A stretch of 64,000 nucleotides of DNA. Origin: Burkholderiales bacterium. Its GTDB lineage: Bacteria; Pseudomonadota; Gammaproteobacteria; Burkholderiales; Burkholderiaceae_F. Location: positions 12,857 through 76,856 of the forward strand of contig JADCGS010000021.1 in NCBI GenBank assembly GCA_020248865.1, given 5' to 3'. Below are positions 55,152-63,642 of the stretch, one piece after another; positions within the stretch are counted from its first letter, which is position 1; every line of letters begins with the position of its first letter. The notes below the pieces were generated by a model that worked only from the letters and a program-made list of their open reading frames with translations, did no database searches and was not told the DNA's origin. The translations under genes were made by a program, and so were the position numbers.

Positions 55152-56117
55152 CTAGGCCAGCGTGTCGCCTGGTAGTCCAGCGCTCCCGGCGAGCAGCCCG
55201 GGCCCGGCGCGCGTCAGCGCATCGACCCACCACGCCACGGCCTTGTCCCCGGCGCTGCGCCGCCAGACGATCGCAAAGCGGCCAACCGGCGCCGGCTGCG
55301 CCACCGGCAACGGGACAAGGCGGCCGGCGCCGATCCATTCACGCGCCCGCATCGCCGGGACGAAGCCGACCCCCAGGCCATCGGCGATCGCCGCCAGCTT
55401 GGCCGCCAGATTCGGAACGACGAGCGTCGGCTGCGCGCCGATCAGACCGACCGAGCGTTTGGGCAGCCGTCGCGAGGAGTCCGAGATCACGACGACTCGA
55501 TGGCTGCGCACGAGCGCGTCGCCGAGCGCACGGCCGCGGTCTTGCGCCGCTTGCTGCGCCAGCGCATGGCCCGGCGCTGCGACGAACACGAACGGCACGT
55601 CGCCAAGCGCCCTGCAGTCCCAACCGCCGCCGGCCGGCAGGCCACCCGAGGCCAGTCCGGCAATCGCCAGGTCGGCGCGGCCGGTGGTCAGCGCATCCCA
55701 CGGTCCGCCGAGGACCTCTTCGAGCAGGCGGACCGTGGTGCCGGCGCCCAGCGTGTCGAACTCGCGGACGAGCCGGGCCACGCTGCGCAGGTCGAACACG
55801 GTATCGATGGCGATCCGCAGCTCCATCGCGCGGCCGTGCCGCAGGGCCTCGAATCGGCGTTCGACATGGTCCGCCTCCGCCAGCATCCTCAGCCCGACCG
55901 CGTGCAGTTCGGCGCCGACCTCGGTGAGCGCCATGACCCCGCCCTGGCGACGGACCAGCTTCTGACCCAGCGCGCGCTGCATCTGGTCGACCGCGTAGCT
56001 GACGGCCGAAGGCACGCGATCCAGTTCGCGCGCCGCGGCCGAGATCGACCCGGTGCGGGCCACCGTGTCGAGCACGCGCAGAAAGTCGAGGGACAGGCGG
56101 GTGCGTTTCGCGGCCAC
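55152..56117 (-). CDS. LysR-family transcriptional regulator
   Basis: N-terminal HTH LDFLRVLDTVARTGSISAAARELDRVPSAVSYAVDQMQRALG. Divergent from the oxidoreductase genes. Confidence 0.9.
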   Translation of the reverse strand: MAAKRTRLSLDFLRVLDTVARTGSISAAARELDRVPSAVSYAVDQMQRALGQKLVRRQGGVMALTEVGAELHAVGLRMLAEADHVERRFEALRHGRAMELRIAIDTVFDLRSVARLVREFDTLGAGTTVRLLEEVLGGPWDALTTGRADLAIAGLASGGLPAGGGWDCRALGDVPFVFVAAPGHALAQQAAQDRGRALGDALVRSHRVVVISDSSRRLPKRSVGLIGAQPTLVVPNLAAKLAAIADGLGVGFVPAMRAREWIGAGRLVPLPVAQPAPVGRFAIVWRRSAGDKAVAWWVDALTRAGPGLLAGSAGLPGDTLA

Positions 56118-56219
56118 GGTGTCGGGTATTCAGAAAGTTCGTCGCACTAGACAGCGGAATCGAAAGCGGCGCCGCGCCGCCTCTTCTAGAGTCGACGACC
56201 GCAACAGCCGGAGAAACAC

Positions 56220-56702
56220 GTGGACGACGGGGACAAGATCGTACGGGTACGCCTGGATGTCAATGGCGCAGCGCGCGACTACGCCGGGCCGGCAGCGCGA
56301 CCGCTGCTGTGGTTCCTGCGCGACCAACTGGGCCTCACTGGCACCAAGTACGGCTGCGGCATCGGGCAGTGTGGTGCCTGCACCGTGCATCTGGATGGTG
56401 CGGCCGTCAGAAGCTGTGTCGTTCCGATGAGCGCCACGTCGAAACGCAAGGTTCGGACGATCGAAGGCCTCGGCACCCCAGACCGGCCTCACCCCGTTCA
56501 GCAGGCCTGGCTGGAGATCGGCGTATCCGAGTGCGGCTATTGCCAGCCCGGCCAGATCATGGCGGCGGCCGCCGCGCTGGCTGGCCCGACGCCGCCGCCC
56601 GCGCAGACGCTGGAGGACATCGGCAACATCTGCCGCTGCGGCACCTACGCCCGCATCGGCGCGGCGATCGCGCTGGCGCGCGCACGGGGAGCATCGGCGT
56701 GA
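56220..56702 (+). CDS. (2Fe-2S)-binding small subunit of a molybdopterin oxidoreductase (isoquinoline oxidoreductase / aldehyde oxidase alpha-type)
   Basis: Cys clusters CGIGQCGACTV and CGYCQPG ... CRCGTY. 160 aa. Confidence 0.9.
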   Translation: MDDGDKIVRVRLDVNGAARDYAGPAARPLLWFLRDQLGLTGTKYGCGIGQCGACTVHLDGAAVRSCVVPMSATSKRKVRTIEGLGTPDRPHPVQQAWLEIGVSECGYCQPGQIMAAAAALAGPTPPPAQTLEDIGNICRCGTYARIGAAIALARARGASA

Positions 56703-58870
56703 AGCTCGGTCGACGCGCTTTCGTCTGTGCGGTCACGGCGACGGGGATTGCCTGCCTGGCGGGTCCGGCGCGGGTCCTCGGCGGTGCTGCCGCTTCCACG
56801 TCGGCGCAGCCGCCGGTCAACGACTGGTCGGTGTGGCTGGTGATCGACGCGGCGGGCGCAATCACGCTGTTCCACAAGGTCACGGACCTCGGCCAGGGCA
56901 CGCCCTCGTCCTTCGCGGCCATCGTTGCGCACCAGCTCGACGTGGCGCCGGAGCGGATTGCGCTCAAGCAGGCGCCCGTGCGCGCGCCCTATCTGGGACC
57001 GGACGGCGACTACGTCACCTCGGGCAGCGCCGGCATTCGGGCTCACTACGCCTCGTTGCGGCAACTGGGCGCGACCGCGCGCGCGGTGCTGGTGCAGGCC
57101 GCCGCTGCGCGCTGGCAGGTGGCGGCGGCCGAGTGCGCTGTGCAAGCCGGGGCGGTCGTGCACCGACCCTCGGCGCGCATCGCGCGCTTTGCCGACCTGG
57201 CGGACGCGGCGGCCCGTCTTCCGGTGCCGTCCGAGGTGCAGGTGGACGAGCGCAGGATGCCCCGCGCCGCATTCGCGGGCCGGGCGCGCGCCGACGAGTT
57301 CGGCTTCCTCGACGGCTCGGCGGTGTTCGGGGTCGATGTTCGACTGCCGAACCTGAGCACTGCGGCGATCGTTCACAGCCCGATCGCGGGCGGTGCCGTG
57401 CGCTCGGTGGATGCAACCGCGGCCTTGCGCAGCGCGGGGGTGGTGGACGTGGTCCGCCTGGACGACGCGGTGGCGGTCGTGGCCAGCGACTTCTGGACGG
57501 CAAGCCAGGCGCTGCGCAAGCTGCGCATCGAATGGACGCCGCCGCCGACCCTGCCCGACACCGACCGGCATCGGCAGGCGCTGCTGGCGGCGGTGGCGGC
57601 GGGCCAGGGAATGCCGGTTCGAGGTGAGCGCGAGGGCAGCGCGGCCGAGCAGCGCCGTGCCAGCGAGCGGGTGATGGACGCGGCGCACCGCCGGGTGGAG
57701 GCGGTGTTCTACGTGCCGTGGGCGGCCCACATGACGATGGAGCCGCAGACGGCAACGGCGCATGTAGCCGACGGGCGGGCCGAGCTGTGGCTGCCGACCC
57801 AGAGTCAGGCACAGGTGCGTTCCACCGTGGCCGAGTTGCTGAAGTTGCCGGAGCGCGCGGTCACGGTCAACACCACCCGCGTCGGCGGCGGCTTCGGCCG
57901 GCGTCTCGAAACCGACGTTGCGCGCGAGGCGACGCTGATCGCCCAGCGCGTCAAGCGCCCGGTCAAGCTCATCTGGTCGCGCGAGCAGGACCTGCACAAC
58001 GACTACTTTCGACCGGCGGCCGCCGCCCGGTTGCGCGCCAGTCTGGACGCCAACGGCGATGTGTCCAGCCTCGTCTTCGACGTGGCCGCGCCGTCGATTC
58101 TCGCCAGCAGCAGCAATACGTACACCCTGCCGGCGGACGAACCGGACTTCACGGCGATCATGGGCCTGGCCGGCGGCTACCGGCTGCCGGAGCCGAGCAT
58201 CGGCTGGACTCGGGTCGAGGCGGGTCTGCGCAGCGGCTGGTGGCGGTCGGTCGGTTGCTCGGCCAACACGTTTTTCTTGGAGTCGTTCATCGACGAGCTG
58301 GCTGCAGCCAACGGCGCGCCGCCGCTCGCCTACCGTCGCGCGCTGCTGGCCGAGGACGCGCGCGCCTTGCGCGTACTGCAGGCGCTGCAAGAGCAGGTTG
58401 CCGCCAGCGCCCCGGTTGCTCAGGACTGGTTTTGGGGCTTCTCGTGGCTGCGCTACAGCGGCTCGCGCGTCGCTCACGCAGTGGCCGTGTCGCGGGAAGG
58501 AGAGCGGGCGATCAGGCTGCGGCGCATCGTGGTCGCGGTCGACTGCGGCGTCGTGGTCAATCCGCACTTCGCGCGCTCGCAGGTCGAGGGCGGCGTGGTC
58601 TGGGGTCTGAGCGCATGCCGCTTCGGCGCCATCGGCTTCGCGCGAGGTCGGCCGCAGCAGTCGAACTTCCACGACTACCCGGTGGCGCGCGCGCGTCATG
58701 TGCCGCCGATCGACGTGGTCTTTGTCGACAGCGAAGCCGAGCCCGGCGGGCTGGGCGAGGAATCGGTTCCCGGGACCGCGCCCGCTCTGGCGAACGCGAT
58801 CTTTGCCGCGACCGGCCGGCGGCTGCGCGAGCTGCCATTCTCATCGGAGGCGATCACGTTCGTGGACTGA
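56699..58870 (+). CDS. Molybdopterin-binding large subunit of the same oxidoreductase (IorB-like), Tat signal
   Basis: GTG 56699 overlaps the small-subunit stop (GTGA). VKLGRRAFVCAVTATGIACLA twin-Arg signal. Xanthine-dehydrogenase-family sequence throughout. Confidence 0.88.
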   Translation: MKLGRRAFVCAVTATGIACLAGPARVLGGAAASTSAQPPVNDWSVWLVIDAAGAITLFHKVTDLGQGTPSSFAAIVAHQLDVAPERIALKQAPVRAPYLGPDGDYVTSGSAGIRAHYASLRQLGATARAVLVQAAAARWQVAAAECAVQAGAVVHRPSARIARFADLADAAARLPVPSEVQVDERRMPRAAFAGRARADEFGFLDGSAVFGVDVRLPNLSTAAIVHSPIAGGAVRSVDATAALRSAGVVDVVRLDDAVAVVASDFWTASQALRKLRIEWTPPPTLPDTDRHRQALLAAVAAGQGMPVRGEREGSAAEQRRASERVMDAAHRRVEAVFYVPWAAHMTMEPQTATAHVADGRAELWLPTQSQAQVRSTVAELLKLPERAVTVNTTRVGGGFGRRLETDVAREATLIAQRVKRPVKLIWSREQDLHNDYFRPAAAARLRASLDANGDVSSLVFDVAAPSILASSSNTYTLPADEPDFTAIMGLAGGYRLPEPSIGWTRVEAGLRSGWWRSVGCSANTFFLESFIDELAAANGAPPLAYRRALLAEDARALRVLQALQEQVAASAPVAQDWFWGFSWLRYSGSRVAHAVAVSREGERAIRLRRIVVAVDCGVVVNPHFARSQVEGGVVWGLSACRFGAIGFARGRPQQSNFHDYPVARARHVPPIDVVFVDSEAEPGGLGEESVPGTAPALANAIFAATGRRLRELPFSSEAITFVD

Positions 58871-59162
58871 TCGCCGGGCGCGGCGCAACGACCGCCCGAT
58901 CCCGCCTGCAGGCCGTTTCCGGTGGAGGGGTGCCCGTGCATCGGCGGGGCGACCGCCGGGACGAGCCTGTTCAGTGCCGATTGCGCCGCTGAATGACGAG
59001 GTGACGTGGCGTCGCCGGCTGTCCGCGCGCAGGCGGTCCGACACCAGCCGGTGCAACGCCTGACCGTGTTCCGTCGCGCGGCGCACGGCCTGGAGTGCGC
59101 GTTGCCGCGAAGCAGGCCCCGGCCGGGCGGCGATCAATTCACGATCCGACGGCGGTCCGGCG

Positions 59163-59206
59163 ACGGTCAGACACCGGTCAGACAGCGGTCAGACAGCGGT
59201 GAGACA
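59163..59206. repeat. 11-bp tandem repeat (CGGTCAGACAG x4)
   Basis: cggtcagacac cggtcagacag cggtcagacag cggtgagacag. It spans the stop codon and last codons of the methyltransferase gene. Confidence 0.9.
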
Positions 59207-59937
59207 GCGGCACCCCGCGCCCGGGCCACGAAGACCCACCCCTCGCCCGGGCGATCGGGCGCATCGAGCACGTCCACCACCAAGAAGCCGCTGCACGCGA
59301 GCGAGGCCTCGATCTCGGACCGCCCCCGGAACCGCAGCCGCGAACTCGAGACGAGTCGTGCGCCGTCGGCCTCGAACTCGAAAGTCCAGCGAAAATCGAC
59401 GAACGGCCCGTCCACCTGCGTGACCTGGCACCACGTTCTCAGCGTGCCGGCCCCGGGCGCTTGGATGGTCCGGGCGGTCCGCTGCGGCGTCCACCGCAGC
59501 CACGCCGCGCGCGCGGGATCGCGCGTCTCGAACACCAGCAGGCCGTCGGCGGCCAGCGCGCCGCGGATGCCGCGCAGCGCCTGTATCCAGGCGGCGTCTT
59601 CCAGGAACACCTGCGCCACGTTGCCGGTCAGGGTCGCCAGGTCCGCATCCAGCGGCGGCAACGCGGCCGGCTCGCCCTCGATCCAGCGCACCCGGTCGGC
59701 CCCCGCCTTGTGCCGCGCGACTTGCAGCGATGCGCCGGCCGGGTCGAGGCCGATGACGTCGAGGCCGCGGCGCGCCAGCAGACACGCGAAGGTGCCGGTG
59801 CCGCAGCCCACGTCGAGCACACGGCGGGCGCGGTAGCGCTCGACCAGCGCGGCATAGAAGTCCAGATCGGGGCGGTCGCCCTCGAGCGCGTCGTACAGCG
59901 ACGCCAGGCGCGGATCGGAAAACGCCAGATCGGGCAC
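59167..59937 (-). CDS. Class I SAM-dependent methyltransferase
   Basis: SAM motif RVLDVGCGTGTFACLLARRGLDVIGLD. 256 aa, GTG start. Confidence 0.85.
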   Translation of the reverse strand: MPDLAFSDPRLASLYDALEGDRPDLDFYAALVERYRARRVLDVGCGTGTFACLLARRGLDVIGLDPAGASLQVARHKAGADRVRWIEGEPAALPPLDADLATLTGNVAQVFLEDAAWIQALRGIRGALAADGLLVFETRDPARAAWLRWTPQRTARTIQAPGAGTLRTWCQVTQVDGPFVDFRWTFEFEADGARLVSSSRLRFRGRSEIEASLACSGFLVVDVLDAPDRPGEGWVFVARARGAAVSPLSDRCLTGV

Positions 59938-59967
59938 GGCGTCAGCTCAGCGTGCGACGCGGGGCAT

Positions 59968-60165
59968 CAGCCCGCCGGGCCGCCCCAAGGGCGATTCCCC
60001 GAGCGCGCAGCGTGAGGGGGGTCCAATCAGCCCGCCGGGCCGCCCCAAGGGCGATTCCCCGAGCGCGCAGCGTGAGGGGGGTCCAACCAGCCCGCCGGGC
60101 CGCCCCAAGGGCGATTCCCCGAGCGCGCAGCGTGAGGGGGTCCAATCAGCCCGACAGCCGGGCGG
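59968..60165. repeat. 60-bp tandem repeat, 3 copies plus a partial fourth
   Basis: Unit cagcccgccgggccgccccaagggcgattccccgagcgcgcagcgtgaggggggtccaat at 59968-60027, 60028-60087 and 60088-60146 (1 substitution, 1 G deletion), then cagcccgacagccgggcgg. Confidence 0.95.
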
Positions 60166-60225
60166 CGGCGGGCCGGCAGTCGGCGTCGCCGCGCCAAGGC
60201 CTTGCGCGCGCAGGCCGGGCCGACC

Positions 60226-60281
60226 GGCGTCGGACTCTTTGGCTGCGTCTTCAAGGTATCTTGGCGCCGCGCTCGATGGCC
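60226..60281. repeat. 56-bp dispersed repeat, copy A
   Basis: ggcgtcggactctttggctgcgtcttcaaggtatcttggcgccgcgctcgatggcc. 54/56 identical to 62916-62971, same orientation. Confidence 0.9.
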
Positions 60282-60456
60282 GGATCGATGTGCTCATGGT
60301 CTGGCCCGGGAGGTTATCCCCAACAGCCGCCGCGCGGTCGCGGGCATGGGAGACGGCGCGTGCTTCGCCCCGATGCCCGAGCCGGCAATCGCCCGCATTG
60401 CAGCCTTGCCGCGCCTTGGCTGGCGGCGGACCGGTCACGATTGGAGATCGAGCAAG

Positions 60457-61026
60457 ATGCCACGTGTCGCGATTGTCTTCCACACCGTTACCGGTCACAC
60501 CGCGCAAACGGCAAGGGCCATCGGCGAAGGTGTCGCTGATGCCGGCGCCGAGCCGGTGCTGCTTGCCATCCACGGGCGCGACATCGTCGAAGGCCGGTAT
60601 GACAACCCGGCCGTCCTGAGTGCGGTGGACGGGGCGAGCGCGGTTGTCTTCGGCGCGCCCACCTTCATGGGCGGCCCGTCTGCCCAGTTCAAGGCTTTCG
60701 CCGATGCGTCGAGCGACCGCTGGGAGCGCCAGCTCTGGCGCAACAAGCTGGCTGCGGGCTTCACCACCGGAACGGCGCCCAATGGCGATCAGGCCGGCAC
60801 GCTGCAGTACTTCGTTGTCCTTGCCGCACAACACGGCATGCTGTGGGTGAGCATCGACAAGCCTTGCGGCGTGGATCCAGGCGCCCCCAATACCTTCGGC
60901 GTTCAACTGGGGTTCGCAGCGGCTGTGGGTTCGGCGGGCGTCGCGCAGGCAGACCTCCGAACGGCCAGATACTTGGGCGCGCGCGTCGGTCAACTGGTCG
61001 CATCCGGTGCGGGCCGCACGATCTAA
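60457..61026 (+). CDS. Flavodoxin-fold NAD(P)H-dependent oxidoreductase (WrbA-like)
   Basis: ATG 60457 with GGAG RBS. MPRVAIVFHTVTGHTAQTARAIGEGV.. ; ..VVFGAPTFMGGPSAQFKAFADAS.. Confidence 0.85.
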   Translation: MPRVAIVFHTVTGHTAQTARAIGEGVADAGAEPVLLAIHGRDIVEGRYDNPAVLSAVDGASAVVFGAPTFMGGPSAQFKAFADASSDRWERQLWRNKLAAGFTTGTAPNGDQAGTLQYFVVLAAQHGMLWVSIDKPCGVDPGAPNTFGVQLGFAAAVGSAGVAQADLRTARYLGARVGQLVASGAGRTI

Positions 61027-61390
61027 CCCCCTCGTCCCCCGGATGGTCCGCGGCCACGGTGGCCCCTGGCGGGGCTGGCGAGCCTGGCCTGGCGGGCATG
61101 GCGTCCGCGCAGCCGCGTCGAGGGCGCGGTGGACCTCGCCCTGGCCGTGGCCCTGCTGGCCGTGGCCTGGCGGAAGGTGCCGACTACCGACCCGCTCGCG
61201 CTCGCGGCCGTGCTGGGCCTGGCCCTGCTGGCCGCGGGCCTGATGCTCTGGCGCGGGCGAAAGCAGCCCACCTCGCCGTCACGCCGACGCGCGACGCCGT
61301 TGGCCGGCTTGAATGTCGCGGTGGGAGCGTGCCTCGTGCTGTGCTGTGGTGAGCCGCCGTCCGGGCCGAAGCGGATCGCCACGGAGGGTC

Positions 61391-61696
61391 TCACGCTGCC
61401 GCGGGCGGCTTCAGGAACCGAAGCCGCTCGGCCACGACGCCGGCCACCACGACAAGCAGTGCGTACAGGCAGGCGAGGCACTCGGCGATCCACGCGAAGA
61501 GCAGCTCGGCCCACCGGTTCGTGTCCACGTCCGGGCATCGCGTCGACCAGCGGCCCGGGAGACCGAACCGGCAGCCCACGGCGACCGCGGGCAAGGCCAG
61601 GTCTGCTGCAAGTCCGCTGCACAGCCAGCGCGCCAGCAGCGCGATGCGCCACGCGTCGCCTGCCCGATGGACGAGGTTCTCGATGTCGAGTCTCAA
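61391..61696 (-). CDS. Possible small membrane protein (about 101 aa), start uncertain
   Basis: High GC3 in this frame only between about 61391 and 61696. Hydrophobic segments RIALLARWLCSGLAADLALPAVAV and AELLFAWIAECLACLYALLVVVAGVV. No ATG; candidate TTG at 61696. Confidence 0.3.
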   Translation of the reverse strand: MRLDIENLVHRAGDAWRIALLARWLCSGLAADLALPAVAVGCRFGLPGRWSTRCPDVDTNRWAELLFAWIAECLACLYALLVVVAGVVAERLRFLKPPAAA

Positions 61697-61759
61697 GCCC
61701 TGCGAGCCTCGACCTGGGACAGCGCCGGCAACGTCGTCCGCCCGTGCGGCGCGAGTCTG

Positions 61760-62038
61760 ATGGACTCGCGCGAGATTGCGCACGTGACTGGGTTGCCTCC
61801 GGATATCTTCAGCCGCGGGCAAACGCGTGACTCGCTCGGCGCCCCGCATCGTCGGGTTCAGAAGCTGATCCGGTTCAACCGCGACGAGGTGACGGCGTGG
61901 GCCAGGCGCTGGCTGCAGGATGCCAAAGACCAAGGCATCCACGCGCGGGCCGACCCGGCAGGCCAGTACCGGTCGTTGCAACAGGCCCTGGCTTCGCTGC
62001 CGGCCTGCGCCCAAGACAATGCATCTGCATTGAAATAG
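61760..62038 (+). CDS. Small HTH (excisionase / AlpA / HTH_17-like) DNA-binding protein
   Basis: MDSREIAHVTGLPPDIF....RRVQKLIRFNRDEVTAWARRWL resembles the excisionase-family pattern (HTH, then basic wing, then R-F-x-x-x-E/D-V-x-A-W). GC is locally lower. Alternative start at 61667. Confidence 0.5.
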   Translation: MDSREIAHVTGLPPDIFSRGQTRDSLGAPHRRVQKLIRFNRDEVTAWARRWLQDAKDQGIHARADPAGQYRSLQQALASLPACAQDNASALK

Positions 62039-62053
62039 CAATGCAGATGCATT
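62018..62053. promoter_or_regulatory. Perfect 15-bp-arm palindrome, probable PrlF-type operator overlapping a sigma70-like promoter
   Basis: AATGCATCTGCATTG-aaatag-CAATGCAGATGCATT. TTGAAA (62030-62035), 17 nt, then TACTCT (62053-62058). [10 protein letters not shown] before ATG 62090. Confidence 0.55.
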
Positions 62054-62089
62054 ACTCTCCGTGTACTGCATCCGCGACGGAGAAGTGCC

Positions 62090-62419
62090 ATGCCCGCCAC
62101 CATGCAAGTCGAATCGACGCTGACCGACCGCTATCAGACCACGGTGCCCGAGACGGTGCGGCGGGCCCTGCGCCTGGGCAAGCGCGACAAGATCAGCTAC
62201 ACGATCCGCCCAGACGGCGAGGTCGTGCTCACGCGCGCGGCCGCTGGCGAGAACGACGATCCTGCACTGGCGCCGTTTCTCGGCTTCCTGGCGCGCGACT
62301 TGTCCGAGCACCCCGAGCGGCTCCAGGCTGTGGATGCCGGCCTGGCTCAGCGCATCCAGGCGCTGGTCGGCGGTGTCCAGGTCGATCCGGACGCGCCGCT
62401 GTCGGCCGACGATGAATGA
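62090..62419 (+). CDS. prlF: Type II antitoxin PrlF (AbrB/SpoVT fold)
   Basis: MPATMQVESTLTDRYQTTVPETVRRALRL.. (swapped-hairpin motif). Acidic C-terminus ..DAPLSADDE, as in E. coli PrlF. 4-nt overlap with the toxin gene. Confidence 0.85.
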   Translation: MPATMQVESTLTDRYQTTVPETVRRALRLGKRDKISYTIRPDGEVVLTRAAAGENDDPALAPFLGFLARDLSEHPERLQAVDAGLAQRIQALVGGVQVDPDAPLSADDE

Positions 62420-62913
62420 GCGGCGGCAAGCCACTGGCCGTCAACGGCTGGACCATCTTTGCCCACCCGATCTTCCTCGACCAACTTGACGCCCTGACCG
62501 CACAGGTCGAGGCGCTCCAGCGCAAGGATCCGGCCGGCTACGTCCAGAAGAACGCTACCAAGCGCCTGGCGGCCATCGCGAAGCTGGCGTTCGAGGTGAT
62601 TCCGCAAGACCCCGCCCGGCCGGAGTACCGCCAGGGCAACACCCTCGGAGACGAGCACAAGCACTGGTTCCGGGCCAAGTTTTTCCAGCAGTACCGGCTG
62701 TTCTTCCGGTTCCATGCGCAGGCCAAGGTGATCGTCTTCGCGTGGGTCAACGACGAGGATACGAAGCGGGCCTACGAGAGCGCCGACGACGCCTACCGGG
62801 TGTTTCGCCGGATGCTCGACAGCGACCGTCCGCCGTCGGACTGGGGCCAGTTGCTGGCCGAAGCACGCGCCGAGTCGGAGCGCCTCGGCCGGCTCGCGTC
62901 AGGGGGTGCTTGA
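62416..62913 (+). CDS. yhaV: Type II toxin YhaV (ribonuclease)
   Basis: ..VNGWTIFAHPIFLDQLDALTAQVEALQRKDP.. ; ..RAKFFQQYRLFFRFHAQAKVIVFAWVNDEDTKRAYES.. is closely parallel to E. coli YhaV (VNGWALYAHPCFQETYDALV..; RYRLFFRYSEKEKVIILGWMNDENTLR). Confidence 0.85.
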   Translation: MSGGKPLAVNGWTIFAHPIFLDQLDALTAQVEALQRKDPAGYVQKNATKRLAAIAKLAFEVIPQDPARPEYRQGNTLGDEHKHWFRAKFFQQYRLFFRFHAQAKVIVFAWVNDEDTKRAYESADDAYRVFRRMLDSDRPPSDWGQLLAEARAESERLGRLASGGA

Positions 62914-62915
62914 CG

Positions 62916-62971
62916 GGCGTCGGACTCTTTGGCTGCGTCTTCAAGGCATCTTGGCGCCGCACTCGATGGCC
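62916..62971. repeat. 56-bp dispersed repeat, copy B
   Basis: Begins 3 nt after the yhaV stop and ends 14 nt before the GNAT start. 54/56 identical to copy A. Confidence 0.9.
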
Positions 62972-62985
62972 TTCTCGCTTTGCTC

Positions 62986-63429
62986 ATGTCACTCGTCATC
63001 ACACCGCTGAATTGCGACGACGTGCCGGCCGTCAAGCGGCTGCTCATCGCCGGTCTGACGGAGCGGTGGGGCGTCTACGAGCCGAAGTACAACCTCGATA
63101 TCGAGGGCTTGTCCAGTCGTTCCTCCGACTCGCTCACGCTGGTCGCCAGGTCGGCCCGCATCGTCGTCGGCACCGGCAGCATGCGGTTCGTCGGTGCGCG
63201 GCGGGCACGGGTCGTTCGCATGTCCACCGCCCGCGAACGCCGCCGTCATGGCGTGGCCGCGGCCATCCTGCAGCGGCTGCTCGACCACGCGCGCGGCAGC
63301 GGCGTGAACGAGGTGGTCGTCGAAACCACGTCCTCGTGGGAGTCGGCCATCGCGTTCTACACGAAGCACGGCTTCATCAGGACCCACGAGCAGGACGGCG
63401 ACACGCACTTTGTCCTTCGGCTCCGTTAG
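62986..63429 (+). CDS. GNAT-family N-acetyltransferase
   Basis: ATG 62986 (MSLVITPLNCDDVPAVKRLL). Acetyl-CoA motif VVRMSTARERRRHGVAAAILQRLLDHA. ..AIAFYTKHGF.. Confidence 0.85.
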   Translation: MSLVITPLNCDDVPAVKRLLIAGLTERWGVYEPKYNLDIEGLSSRSSDSLTLVARSARIVVGTGSMRFVGARRARVVRMSTARERRRHGVAAAILQRLLDHARGSGVNEVVVETTSSWESAIAFYTKHGFIRTHEQDGDTHFVLRLR

Positions 63430-63642
63430 GTCTGCAGCCGGTCGACCGGCTCTTGCCCGCCGCCTGCGCAAGCCGGCCGACTGCGCAAGCGGCCCGGCCG
63501 TTCCGGCCGCGCCCCGCTGCCTGCGGTGCGCCGTGTCCGCCCCGTCAGCCGATTGCGATGCGCCGGTTGGTACTGGATCAACAGGCCGGCTGGCGCGAGG
63601 CGCAAGATGGGAATGCAGAGGCAAATCCAAGAGGAGACGACG

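Noticed and set aside
59968-60165. Possible CRISPR array (regular 60-bp periodicity).
   Set aside because: The units are directly adjacent with no unique spacers. No cas genes are present. The unit is a dispersed REP-like sequence also seen at 43947-43989.
60226-62971. Integron gene-cassette array, with the 56-bp repeats as attC sites.
   Set aside because: I could not find RYYYAAC / GTTRRRY core sites or the imperfect internal symmetry of attC. No intI integrase is present in the window. The enclosed block has several genes in both orientations rather than single promoterless cassettes.
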